Part shown: piece after piece, positions 37,263-51,971 of the stretch
How the letters are laid out: each line of letters opens with the position of its first letter
How positions within the stretch are numbered: position 1 is the stretch's first letter
Source: Setoptus koraiensis
Taxonomy: Eukaryota > Animalia > Arthropoda
Direction: 5' to 3'
Length of the DNA: 64,000 bases
Assembly (NCBI GenBank): GCA_048013815.1
Contig: CM106586.1
Span: 4,340,001 to 4,404,000 of the forward strand
Translations under genes and position numbers: made by a program
Notes under the pieces: generated by a model
The model's database searches: none
Seen by the model: the letters and a program-made list of their open reading frames with translations, nothing else
What the model was told of the DNA's origin: nothing

Positions 37263-38856
37263 GGCCTCCACAACTTTAAAACGATCGCTGCTGAGCGACC
37301 GCTCGCCATAAATCAGCTCGGATATTTGATTCGAGTGGTCGTTCTTTACAACGTTTGGCCCTCATTGCAACAATTGAGCCAGTAAGACAACCAACACACA
37401 CACAATCAGCAGCACGAAGTCTGGCAAATGATCTGAATGCTCGCAGTGATTGTTGCTGCGCGCGTTGGTCCGACAACCAGACGAACGCATTATCGAGTAT
37501 CATCATTAGCATCCATTTGTTGTCTGATTGTCGGATCGAGCAACGTTCTGTTTTTTATCCGTACTCGTTTCTCATGGACTAATTGTTACCAATTGCCAGA
37601 CAATGCTATGGTTGAGAAGGGTTTCATTCGAATGAATGTGATATGGCTGCGTTGCAAGCAGCCAGCAGCAAAAAACAATTGCCGACGACGACATGTGTAC
37701 GGCTATGGCCAGATTGAGATGTGCCGATGTGTAGACAATAGTTGGAGAGGGTTCAAACTGGCTCCAAATGGCTCAAAATAGCTCAAAATAGTCAGTTTAA
37801 AATGGATATAAGCAGTTATCACGGAAATGTGCAAACTTGCAAGATAGTTCTTTGTCTCACTCAATTATCAGACTCTGTAATAATCAATTGGCGACTGTCG
37901 TTTTTGCTACAGCCATTTGAATGTGTGTTGAGATATAAATTAGCACGCAATGATGGCGCCAACTATTTGCCAACGGCCACTATCATCGATCGAAGTACGT
38001 GCAAAAAACTCGACGGCAAGCTTGACGATTGGCACTGCGCTAACTGAATGACAGTCGATTGTGAAACAACACAAGTTTAAATTTTGTCCGACGTTCATCG
38101 TGCCAATGATCGGGCAAAGTTGCACGGAGTGTGTCTTATCTCATATGATCTTATGGCTTGCCAATTTCATCTGCTTGCCAATTGATTTATGCCCACATGC
38201 GCTCAATTGACGATAGAGCGTTTCTTTAATTGGCTGCACCAACCACTCGACTACGAAACACTTTTTTTTTCATGAATCTAAATTTGTCAAATATGTTATA
38301 TTAATAATCCATTCGATCTCATCTCATTGCAACCGTTAATACTAATTTCTCAATCATGCAGCCACAATGAGATTGTGCGTGACACAAGGCGATTATGGCA
38401 ATTGTTTGGAAATGGTGAGAAACCGCCAAGGTAGCCCGACAAATACAATTGCCTGTGTTGAGGCGCGCGACAGGTAAGTTAATACAATAATGATAATAAT
38501 AAACATAAGTCAATCTCGTGTCAATGACTATTGAATAGATAAAACGCGATCCAACTATAACAGAAACAACTAACTAATTTTAGAATAGTAGTGTGCCAAA
38601 GAATCAGAACAAATCTACGAGAAAATTCCGAGCTGTTTTTTTTCTCTCCACAATGTGCAAGATGTTTTGTCCAGACTTTTTTCTTGCGTTATCCTCTGTC
38701 AAAAGAGAATGAGAGACCGAGTTTGTGCGATGGGCAAATGTGCTGCGATCAAATAATGGCGGCGACACGCTGTTGGCAAGCTCGACGATTCTTCGGCAGG
38801 CTTGTGTTCTAGAGTACAAACTCATGCTATCAAATATTTGTTCTTATGCCACCCAG

Positions 38857-41800
38857 GTTCGAATGTATGAAATTCATTATCAATGGCAAGGCTGACGTAG
38901 TCAATCTAGATAACGAGGAGCTCTATCTAGCCGGTCGCCTCTACAATCTGGAACCGTTTGCCAGTGAGCAATATAGCCAAGGTGAGTTGTTTGCTCTCTC
39001 GCTCTCTTACAAATGTTTACAGCTGTACGTACACCTAATCCATCTAAAGCAGATATAAACAAACAATTTCTCGCCTTCATTCATCGCTCATATGAATTGC
39101 TATATAGATGTCATTTGTTCCGTTGTATGTGCTTGCGCTGTCGTTATAATCTGTTCTAATCTCTAAAAACTTGTAACTGTTATTATCACTATTATCCTTG
39201 AATTGAAAATGCTCTATCACGGTGCCATAGGTGATCGTCAGTCTGTTGTCATAGTAAATAGGCAAGCAAATATAAACGCGCTGACGGATCTCAAAGGCAA
39301 ACGAAGCTGCCATGGTGCCATGAATAGCACCTTTGGTTGGGACGTACCCATTGGCTTGCTGCTAGCCACCATGTCTATGAGCCCCGATTGTCGAGGGGAA
39401 CTATACTCCGCGGCGGAATTCTTTGGACAAAGTTGTGCACCAGGTGAGTAGAGGCAATAATTAACTCATGACGTCGTAAAATATACAAATGGCTTAAATC
39501 CAGAGAAAGTGAAATATTGTCTTAAGCGATTATGAGCTCGCACAATGTTGCTACATGAATGACTTGCGAATGACGGGCCAGCCGATCGCAAGTCACTGGC
39601 CCGTTAGCAATAAAATTTAGCTTATTGCTTCGATTATCAAGAACCATATATCATGTAGCCAAATATTGAAGGAGTACATTGCTCATCTCGGTGTTCCTTT
39701 TTTTTCTATAATAAACATTTAACATTATTACTTTGCTTAATTCCGACACCCGTGCATACGACCGAAAAACCGACCCGACTGACAACGGCAACAAATCACC
39801 GGATTATCACCTCTACAAATGCACTTCCGCTTGCATTAGGGTAAGTATGATGGCTCGAGATTTGAATAACTGACTTGTTTTACATCATCGACTTGTTTGA
39901 CATTAGATGACATCAATTAATCTGGTTGATTTATTGAACTCATGTCACTATGCAAGCGCAGGCATTATGACATCATAACAGCAGCTTAATATGTTATGTA
40001 CAGCTACAGTGTATGTTGTTTGTATTAGTATTATTAATTACTTTATTTTGTATTGTTGCCTTCTTTTTGTTCCAACCATTCAAACAACAATACTTCAGCT
40101 CGTGGTCGCCTGATCCTTATGTCGATGCCGAACTAAGTAAGTAACAAGACACGACACAACGTTTTGTCACGCTAACAAGACAAGCATTTATCTACAAATC
40201 TGCTATCTGATTCAATAATAATCATCTGTCAGCTTATCTCAAGCGTACAAACTTGCTCGACTGCTACTCGAGGCCTGACTGTTGGGTGGGCTCAAAAGAG
40301 CACGTGATAATGTGATCTCACATCTGTATATATTTATCAATAATCTCATTATCATCTTTTGATCATTATTATTTCTGTTTGCAATCTTAACCGCCGATCA
40401 CAACAATCAGAAAAACTGCATCCAAATCTGTGTGCGGCTTGCAGAAATTCAACACTTTGCTCTATAAACGATGAATTTGCCGGCGAGGAGGGCGCCCTGA
40501 AATGTTTGTTCAGGAATTCGGGTGATGTTGCATTCACTACTAAAGATGCTGTTGACAGATTTCTATCTCTGTATGTTCGCGATGAGAGATTATTCGAACA
40601 ATATGAATTCTTGTGCTTGGACGGAACCAGAAAGCCCCTGACCGATCGGAATCCCTGTGAGTGGGCCCAAAAACCAGGCAACGTCTTTGTTACTTCGCCC
40701 GGCCGATGTAAGTTGCTTGAAAGAGCCCAGAAATTCATTAAAGCTTTCTGTCAAACAACGGACTGACTAGTGTATTGCTTTCATACAATAATAACAACAT
40801 CAATCTATCATTTGTTTCATCATTTCATGACGACTAGCTTTACAAAAGGACATCTATCATCGTCTATTGGATCACACCTTTCTCAGTCATGAATCTGTGA
40901 AGCCCTCCTGGTGGCGAATGCGATCGTTTATCTCAAGGCCATTCGATGTAACTAGAATAGTTCAGATACCATTCGAGAATCAACAATGGGATCGATATCT
41001 GGGTAAGCCTGACAAGCTAGGGACGATCTTGTTCTTTGATCAATCGTTTGAGGTGGCGTTGATAGGTGGCAGCAGAGCAGTAATATTCGGATTTTTTCTT
41101 TATTTCTGTGATTCTTCATTAGGAAATTATATATCGTCTATAGAGAAGCCATTGCCAGATTGTCAGCCCCGAAACTTGACTTTCTGTACTGCGTCTGCAA
41201 TTGAAGAGACCAAATGTCTTGAGTTACAGAAGGTGAGTAAAACTCTTTGAAACGGCCAGCTTTATCCTGTGAGGTTCGTTTAGCTCAATGAAAATTAATT
41301 TAATTGCTTGTTTTCGTATATCTGATTTCAACAAACAGGTTGCATTTTCGCGCAGGATTAGACCAGAGATTGACTGCCAACGACAAAATAGCAAACAAGA
41401 GTGCATAGATATTGTCTCTCGAGGTAAAGCTGATTTGATATTAATGGATATGGGAGAACTTTATGAGACACAACGACAAACGTGAGTATTGGTGGTAATA
41501 AATTGAGCTATCCCATTTTAATTAGACATTGCTGAATTTTATCGACTGTGCTGCCGATGTATTGAGTAAGCAATCATTATTATGATCACTTGATCTGCTG
41601 CATTATCCTCATACGCCGATGTTGAAGCGTTACTATGTTGAGGCAGAAGGTTTGCCTCAAGCTAGACGAGTGTTGCTGACATCACCTCATACTGATGCCA
41701 TCTTATTTTCGCTCGGAAACATTGGCTGTCTTGCTTAGAATGTTTAGATGCAACTAAGACACTCAAAACATGCACGTCTCGATTGTCAGTACGAATGGTC

Positions 41801-43876
41801 TTCTCAACCTGTTCAATCGACATCTCATCAATTATAGAATGAGATTTGTTTGGCTCGTGGCTGCTCTGCTCAGGAGCATGTGATTCCATGAAAACTCCTA
41901 TAGAATTGTCATCACGAATGGTATATTTGATTTGGTGACGTGTAGTCGACACCTCTCATAGTATCAGACATGCTTGACTCGAAGTTGCTTTCCGTTTTTC
42001 GCTACATCTTGTCATTCGATGGATGTTTCTGGAAAAGAATGATAGTCTCACAGAGTCGTGTCGATCGATAGCGGTGATGTTTTCGGACAAGACCATTTTA
42101 CTTGTTGTTTGCGAAGCTCTATCAATAATTTCAACTCGTAGATGATGGGTGTGAGCTTCACCAGCATGCATTTGGTGTCAACCCTGATAGATTTTCGGCC
42201 AATAAACTCGCCCACGATGAAGCTGTCTTTTGATGTCCGTTATTCTCCAGTTGTACTCACCTTAACAAGAATTGTTAAATCGGCTTAAATTCGCTGATCA
42301 TCTCTCTATTGTAACTAATGCATCTCTGTTTTACATTCGTCGTATAATTAATCCTGGCCATTTTAACGACCAACTATGCGTTTCTGATCAAATTATTGAT
42401 ACAACAACAACATTGAAATTCATTGAAGTGCCCTGCGTCTAGAACCTATCGCTGTTGCTCAAACAAAAACAGATTTTGCTGTTGCACTGGTTAAAGCCGA
42501 TTCCGGCATTAAATTCCTCTATCAATTGGGCGGCAGACGCACATGTCACCCATCGTTTGGCGACATTGCCGGATGGCTAATACCCATAGATGTGCTGTCC
42601 GAGCGGTCGATGTTGGACAGAAACGATTGCAATAAGGCCGATCAAATGGCCGCATATTTTGGTGGAAGCTGTGTCCCAGGTAAGTGGTGCCGGCCATGGA
42701 TTTGATCTTTATCTACGCCTTGAACCTTAAGAATTAACAGGTTATTGTCTCTTGTCCATCCGATAAATTGCCTGTTTAGGAGCTGCGGATCTACGCGTCA
42801 ATCAGTATCGATCTGGTTCCGATAGATTGTGTGAAGTTTGTCAGGTAGGTGTCAGGAATCACGATCAACCGGGTTCGTTTATTTATTATTTCTTTTTATC
42901 ATTGTTGCTAAACTTTCCGCTCACACTTGTATTGCAATCGTCACTTTTGTTTGTCAGGGTGATGAGATCACAGGTTTGCATCAGTGCGAAAGGTCACCAT
43001 CCGAACGATTCTTCGGGCAAACGGGTGCACTCAGATGTCTAGCTGAGGGCGCAGGCGAAGTAGGTTAGTATTAAGCGATTTATGTATTGTATCGACTTTT
43101 AGATTGATAAATCTACAACCAGACGGTCTAATGTGACTACTCTGTTCTGGCCAATCCCATTAGCTTTTCTATCTCATTCAACCATCATGGCCAACGTCGA
43201 TGGACGGAGCCAGCACTCGTGGTCTTCACATGATCCGCTTGCCCTTGACAGTAAAAATTTTAGACTCATTTGCCGGACAGGACCAAGGTAAGAGAGGGAA
43301 AGGAAGAGAGAGGGAGAGGAAGAGAGAGGAAGAGGAAAACATCAGATAATACATCTCTCACTATAAAAGATGCAAGGTGTATTTGTATAGGATAGTAACA
43401 TTATATTGTTGTCTTCATATTGCAGCATGCTAATCACCGACCAGGAGAGATGTAATCTAAGCAAAATGCCTGGAAAACTGCTAGTTACATCCAGATTTGC
43501 CTCTTTTGAAGATAAACTGGATATGAGGAGTCTCGTTGTTTCACTAGCTGATAGATTCGGACAACAGGGCCAAGATTTCCAACTGTTCGCCCCATACAAC
43601 AATGTAACAAATCTTTTATTTGATGATGAAACCACATCGATGGTGGCCATACCCCAGGAATTATCATCAGGCTCATTTGAATTGGTGTTCAAACAGTATT
43701 TCGATAGCTCTTACGACCAGGTGCCGGCGAGCAAAGGATCAAACAGTTGCAAACTGACTATAACAAGTGGCTCAAAGTCTCTGGTAGAATACTCATTAGT
43801 AATGACGCAAGTTACTACCGTTATCGCGTCTAATGTCTTCTCACTGGCACTGTTATATGTATTCCATTTTCTATGA
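38857..43876 (+). CDS. Melanotransferrin-like (Tsf2/Tsf3-type) two-lobed transferrin with GPI-signal-like C-terminus. Exons 38857-38981, 39231-39443, [39840], 40099-40136, 40411-40707, 40838-41002, 41123-41232, 41339-41481, 42429-42679, 42780-42844, 42958-43063, 43164-43287, 43426-43876; 5' exons unresolved
   Basis: Motifs KADVVNLD, DLKGKRSCH...GWDVPIG, SCAPG, HPNLCAAC, GALKCL...GDVAF, FLCLDG, AFSRRIRPEIDC, GSCVPG, GALRCLAEGAGEVAF. All GT-AG junctions are phase-compatible except one, which is resolved by G39840. Hydrophobic C-terminal tail. Confidence 0.92.
39840..39840 (+). other. Candidate 1-nt microexon (G) of the transferrin-family gene
   Basis: cttccgcttgcattAG|G|GTAAGT, preceded by a 163-nt AG-free zone; it converts phase 1 to phase 2 and gives SCAPG-SWSPDP. 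Confidence 0.65.
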
Positions 43877-44229
43877 ACAAAGAAAATGGCAAAGAATGAC
43901 GGAAACAGCCAGATTGTAGTATATGAAATATGTAGCCACAGAATTGTACAGAAGACATTGTTTTGTCTATACGCCAATAGCGAGAAAGAGCTATTGTTGT
44001 ATGTAGGCCGACAGATATATAGACAGAAGAAGGGGACACAAGGCAATAAATAACATGTGATCATGTCCTTTTATAATTGATTATTAATGTTAGTATGTTC
44101 GTGTACTGAATAATGTCTGTCCTGAAATGAATAGGTGAGCTCGAAGGTAGTGTAAGTTGATAATGTACAATAGTGTAATAATGATGATGAAATGTTCGCC
44201 CTGGCAAACTTTAAACAACAAACAAATTA

Positions 44230-44775
44230 TTATTTTTGTACTTCCAGCGATTTTCTGATTCTTTGCACAAGGTGCATGTCTTGCGTGAATAAAGTGGCTC
44301 TATTCGCGTGTTGAGTGCACCAGAATGATTGCTCAAACAGTTCCACGAGATAAGCCTCGGCGGCCTCTTGCAGGGCCATAAGTGCGGCCGTCTGGAATCG
44401 CAAGTCGGCATGAGTGCCCGATGCGCCACTTTCCTGGTGCTGAGTTCGTTTAAGATCTTGGCAGATCTCTCTGACGAAACGTTGGAATGCTGCTCTTGGG
44501 ATCTGCAAGTCGGTTGTTCGTTGTAATCTGCGAATCTCCTTCAGCGCCTTGACTCCTGGTCTTGAGCGTGGTTTTTGCTTCACCTGAGATCCTTGCTGTT
44601 TTAGCATGGCCAGATTTTTTCCGCCCGTGGCCCTGGTTCTTCCATTGTTTAGGCCCGATGTTCCTGGCGACGTCGAGTGTCTTTTTGTCACCAAAATATT
44701 GTTGATACGATTCTGAATCGGGTCTTGCCGCGTCGACTGGCAAGTCGACTTTCTTGCTGTTTGCTTAACGCGCAT
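44230..44775 (-). CDS. CENP-A-like: Divergent histone H3 variant, CenH3/CENP-A-like (181 aa), intronless
   Basis: Histone fold RPGVKALKEIRRLQ...FQRFVREI...DLRFQ..ALMALQEAAEAYLVELFE...HANRATLF. Loop 1 is ~13 aa longer than H3 and the tail is extended. Confidence 0.8.
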   Translation of the reverse strand: MRVKQTARKSTCQSTRQDPIQNRINNILVTKRHSTSPGTSGLNNGRTRATGGKNLAMLKQQGSQVKQKPRSRPGVKALKEIRRLQRTTDLQIPRAAFQRFVREICQDLKRTQHQESGASGTHADLRFQTAALMALQEAAEAYLVELFEQSFWCTQHANRATLFTQDMHLVQRIRKSLEVQK

Positions 44776-45716
44776 CGTGGTGCCAATACCAGAGCGAAAT
44801 TGATCGATTTAATTTCTTGAATTATTATTATTTAACTGACTCTATGTGTAATAATTTGTGGAGACTGCGCTATATGACGCTATTTGAATTAATTAATCGG
44901 TTAATAAGAATTTATTGAATTGTTCATCTGCGTCTGGGCTACGGAGGGTGTTGTGATAGTGAGCCAATGCAGCACAACATACAGTACACACGGTTCATGG
45001 GTGAAAAAGTATTTAACACATCCAAAACAAGTGCCCCCCATGCGCGCAAAACGAAGCGCCAATTTCGAAGTTGAGCACTGACCAAGGCGGCGAACGGACT
45101 GCAAGTGTGGCTGTGCGCACCAGCGCTCGGGGGGAAGACAGTAGTGTGAGTGCGATTGCATTTAGACAAGTCTGGCTGCGCTACACAGGCTATGCAGTTG
45201 GCCACAGCGAGCAGCAGTAGATGTTGGCTAATTGTTCTATTGCTGACTCATGAACAGGTCAGCACGCAATGCGCCCCCTTGCGTTCAACAGCGCCTATCT
45301 GTGTGAGTGATCCGAGTGATTTGAGTGCGCAACCTACAGTCGGCTCGAGCCCACACTCAATTGGATAATCCAATCTGGATTATCCACTATCCAGCCGAAG
45401 AGACTCGCCGGGCTCGCGCTGCAAGGCCGACGTTTGTGGACCGAGAATTGTGTTGTTTTTTTTTTCGCAATTGGGTGTAGATGACGCGCTGACAATTGCG
45501 AATATTCTCACGTCTACGTTAGCAGTTCGAGCGAGCAAGCGAGAGAGCGAGCTGCAAACGAGAATAACGCAACGTCGGAACTTGTTGCCGCGAGCGGCGC
45601 CGATCGCCGCTCCCGAGAATTTCTCGACGAGAACCAATCCGACGACTAACTCCGATGTGTGATTTGCCAAACAATATTGTGAAATGAAACAATATCGTTC
45701 CCAACTGTTCGTGTCG

Positions 45717-47780
<2,064 letters not shown>

Positions 47781-50700
47781 TCAATTAACAGTTATTCTGG
47801 CTGCTAAAAACTCAACTCTATAAACTCTGTATAACCAATCAATGCCCAGTGGTGCTGCTGGTAATGCTGGCGCACTGGTACAAATCCAAATTGATGGAGC
47901 CCAAAATGTCACCATGTTTGTCTTTGGTAAACTGTTTATAATGATACTATGCACACATGTCGTGTATAAATGCTGGGTTGGGGGCACCAACCAGCGCTGT
48001 ATTGCGCAATCGCGCTGCGGTCCGCTCTTTTCTCGGGTCCCCTCTATAGGGTCATGTTGCACTGATAGTTGAATCACTTACCATCATCAGCCCAATATCA
48101 GTTGGATATTCGGGCGACGCAGGCCCATATATCGATGCTCACTGATGATGGTTACACTATCAAGACAGATTGAAATTGCAAAACAATTTTCAATTTCTCG
48201 CGCTTAGAATTTTGCCAGGCCAGTTATTGAATTGTATTGTACGAGTCGTCAGTTCAATCAATTTGAGTATCAAGAGATGACTATTCTAAAACGTTGCTCT
48301 GTCACGCTGGCCCCTCTGCTGGTAACAATGTCAAATAGAACATTCGAAACTAATTCATTTTTACAGCAACATGGTCGTACGCGTGCGAGCCACGCTCTAC
48401 CAAACCAACTCAGCGACTGAACTCATAGTGAGCAGGGTCCTCTTAAAATTTGATACTTCTTCGGAGCACTGTGTAGTTCGATATTGTTGATACTGAAGTT
48501 GCGTCTATCAACTAATCAAAGAGGACATCTCTCTCGCGACACAGAGGCACAACAAGAGTGCCACCGACTTGTAATTCATCTCCTCCTAATTGAACCATTT
48601 GAGCAAGTTTTGAACTGTAACTGCAACTATAAAAAAAAAATCTAACAACACAGCAGAGTGAGATTAGGTGATTTCAAAGAGAAAAACCGTCAAACAAAGT
48701 CACTGAGTGGACACTGTCCACACAACGTCGGCACAAAGAAGAAATTCTTCAACTGGCCGAGGCACTAATTGATACAGACTTGATGTCCCCAACAATAACT
48801 GGATACGTCATAACTTTGTCCTGCAGAATTCAGCAGCATCCATACATACGCACTAATAGTATCATGATATGGCTTTGCTGTTCGAGATGTACTCCAGTGA
48901 AATTTACTTTGATTAGGCAATTATTGCTACGGGAGCAGGACTTTTGGCGCGCAAACCGAGGCAACAAGCTCTCAACCGGACACTACTAATTAAACGTTGG
49001 ACAACGATGATACATATGTACAGCTGCCTTGTTGAACTATTATCAAGTAATGATCGTTTGGACAGGAATTAAACGAAGCACAATAAGATTCATCGTGTTT
49101 ACTTGGCATACACAAACAAAGGCTTAATCTTAATGAACAAGAAACTTTTTGAGGCGAAAAAATTTAGGAATTCATTATGATAGTTACATAATGTTAATGA
49201 CTATTCTTGTTTGTGCAAGTTGTTGGTAATCTTGGCTTCATTTTAACTGCCACTGTGTATATTATGTGTGACGCACTGCAATTGAGCAGTCGAGCAAGTT
49301 ATGTAATATCATTGATTGTTTCATTAGGCAGAGCGAGTGCCCGTCTCTCATTGGGCTCACTCATAGACTGTGTATGAACTACCAACTGCATGTCTCCTAT
49401 ATAGGCAACTTATGGTTGCACTGGCAACATATTTTTCCATTGTTTTTCAGTTATTCATTCAAATTCAGTGTTGGTGACTCTCAAGTAATGCTCGCTAACA
49501 TGTAAATATTGCTTGATTGTATGTCGACAATAGCGCCGAGAAGTGAGTTTTATTGCCAGACGAGGGACGTAATGGCTAAAAGCACATTGACCATTGCGGT
49601 AAACAAATAGACAAGATTTGCGACATAAGTTGGCCGGGCTCCGTTTTGATTCAATTAAAGTGCCACACATTGTTGTCATTGTTTGTCGTTGTTTGTGTAA
49701 TAGCAGTGCCTTGATTTATGATCATGTAACAGCATTGTCGTCACACCAACCTATCCGTGAATCATGATGATGGTTATTATATTTAAATTGATGACCTCTG
49801 GCCTTCCCCCTGTGCGCGCGATAGTCTTTCTCTCATATTACCATCCAAGTGGATATCATTGTGTAAGACAGTCAGTGAGAGAGTTTAGTGGACGGTGAAC
49901 TAATAGAAATTTGTCTTTCTCTCTCTCTCTCTCTCTCCCTCTAATGTTTTCCAACAATCGAAAGCTCTGAGGGAAATTGTTTGAAAATGGTTACGCAGTG
50001 TGTCTCCAGACAACCAGGCAGCTAAACAGCCAGACAGCCAGTATTCATCATGTTAAATAATGTAACGGGTTGCAACACACTTTTGGGGCCCTCTGTATGG
50101 AGCGGCCCCAAAAGTCAAGCGGCATGATCAATAATAAATGCGATGTTATGATGTGCCAGTTGCACTAATGGGGCTTGAAAAGATAGCTGCTGAGTAGAGA
50201 GGAATGAGAAAGTGGAAAATATGAGATATATAGAATTGAAAGACCCACACACCCAATGTTTGCAGTTGAGTGCGCCACTCAAATGTAACTCGACTGGAAG
50301 AATATATATAAATATATATGCGCAATAGTGATCATGATATCTCTCGAGCACTTGGCGTCTTTTTCTCGGTCAACTTTGCCAGACAAAGAGTGAGACATTT
50401 AAATTGACACAGTTTCGGTAAACAACAACAATAACAACAAGCGTTTCATTTGCCATCAGCACCAGACGACACCACTTGTGAAAATAATATAAATCTCGCG
50501 AGCTGATTTCAAATTGAATGATAATGGTTTACACGGCCACTACACATTGTGTAGCATTCGCAACGCTGTTGTTATTTTGTAGAAAACTATGCTACACTTA
50601 TAGTGTTTGTGTTTTTGTTTGTGTTTGGATTGTGTGGATTCAATTATATCTAATAGGTCATTTGATGATGATGATGCTGATGATGTTAATGGTACCAACC

Positions 50701-51971
50701 ACTTGTATTTGTTGTGGATGTGGAATAGAAACATTAGTGTATATTAGTGTCATCCAATGATTATATCATCAATCATTGTGTTTAACCATCCGGTGATAGG
50801 TTGTCACACATTAGAAAGTATTTTTCTTCTTTCTATGTGGCGCCCGACACCAGCTAGCACTTACTGTAGATATGGTTAGTATTGATCATTTCAAGATGCA
50901 TCACAATACGTAATCACTGACGTAATGATGACGATTGAATTCATTCTAATGTATAGGTGCTTCATGGTTGTTTTACGCGCTCTCCCACTTTCATCTCTAT
51001 TGAGGTCCCCAAAGGTTATTGTACAATTGTATTAAGTGGCCGCCGTGTGTATAGATTCGCACACGTATAAATGTATAAAACCAGCCAACTATCACATTAG
51101 AAACTCGCACAAAAAGTCAACAAGGCACGACAATCGGTTACAAGTCCGCTCAAGCGTAATGTCCAGTCTCATATAGCACGTCTATGTAGAAAATTGTACT
51201 TATATAAATAAACAGTGGTATTGGAACATCTTAACAGTATCATCCATCACCACAACACAAACATCCGTCACCACTTGTTCCACCATTAAACATAATCGCC
51301 ATGACTAGATCGATGAGACTTGCTCTGCATGTGCTGCAAGTCATGTACGGCCATTCGCGAGGTCATCCAATTAGATTGGTCACTCTCACTTCGGCAATCA
51401 TTTAGATTACGACCATTATCAATTACTCGACACAACCGTCGGCTAATAAAATTGAATGCCATCATTCAAATGGTCATCCATTGAGTTAACACACGCACAC
51501 GCAATTTTGACAAGTCGCCGATTTATTTACATCACAACTATCTAGTGAGCATTTTTTTGCATCAACCTATACGTTCTATCCATACCAGCATTCGTCACGA
51601 TTTTTTGATATTTCCATTTTTCCTGCATTGTTACTAATTAGAATATAAGTCTGTTCAATTTACACATGGGCATATTTTATTTAGACGAATAGTCATTAAT
51701 TTAGTTACATCTCTATGCGTAATCATTGCTAAAATTTCTGTGAGATAGAGTTTCTTAGATAACATGTCGGTGCTACATGAATGTATACATAATGTGCATA
51801 TTTAAAACGATTATAAAATTCAAATCAATGGTAAGCATAGTCTACTTAGAACTCTATATCAGTAATTTATAGGTCTTATTGCATAATAATAACAAAGAAC
51901 AAATTCAACGATAATATTACTATATACATTTTTTTTTTCGCACTTTTTCCGTTCAGATATACTTCTAAAGT

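Noticed and set aside
44625-44742. H3-variant tail insertion as an unannotated intron
   Set aside because: The only GT (gtcgac) is a poor donor, there is no pyrimidine tract, and the frame is open throughout.
50079-50115. 12-bp inverted repeat (acttttggggcc...ggccccaaaagt) upstream of SHOX
   Set aside because: Short, single and with no supporting context; likely chance.
51302-51311. tgactagatc matching the miR-279 family 5' end
   Set aside because: No complementary arm nearby.
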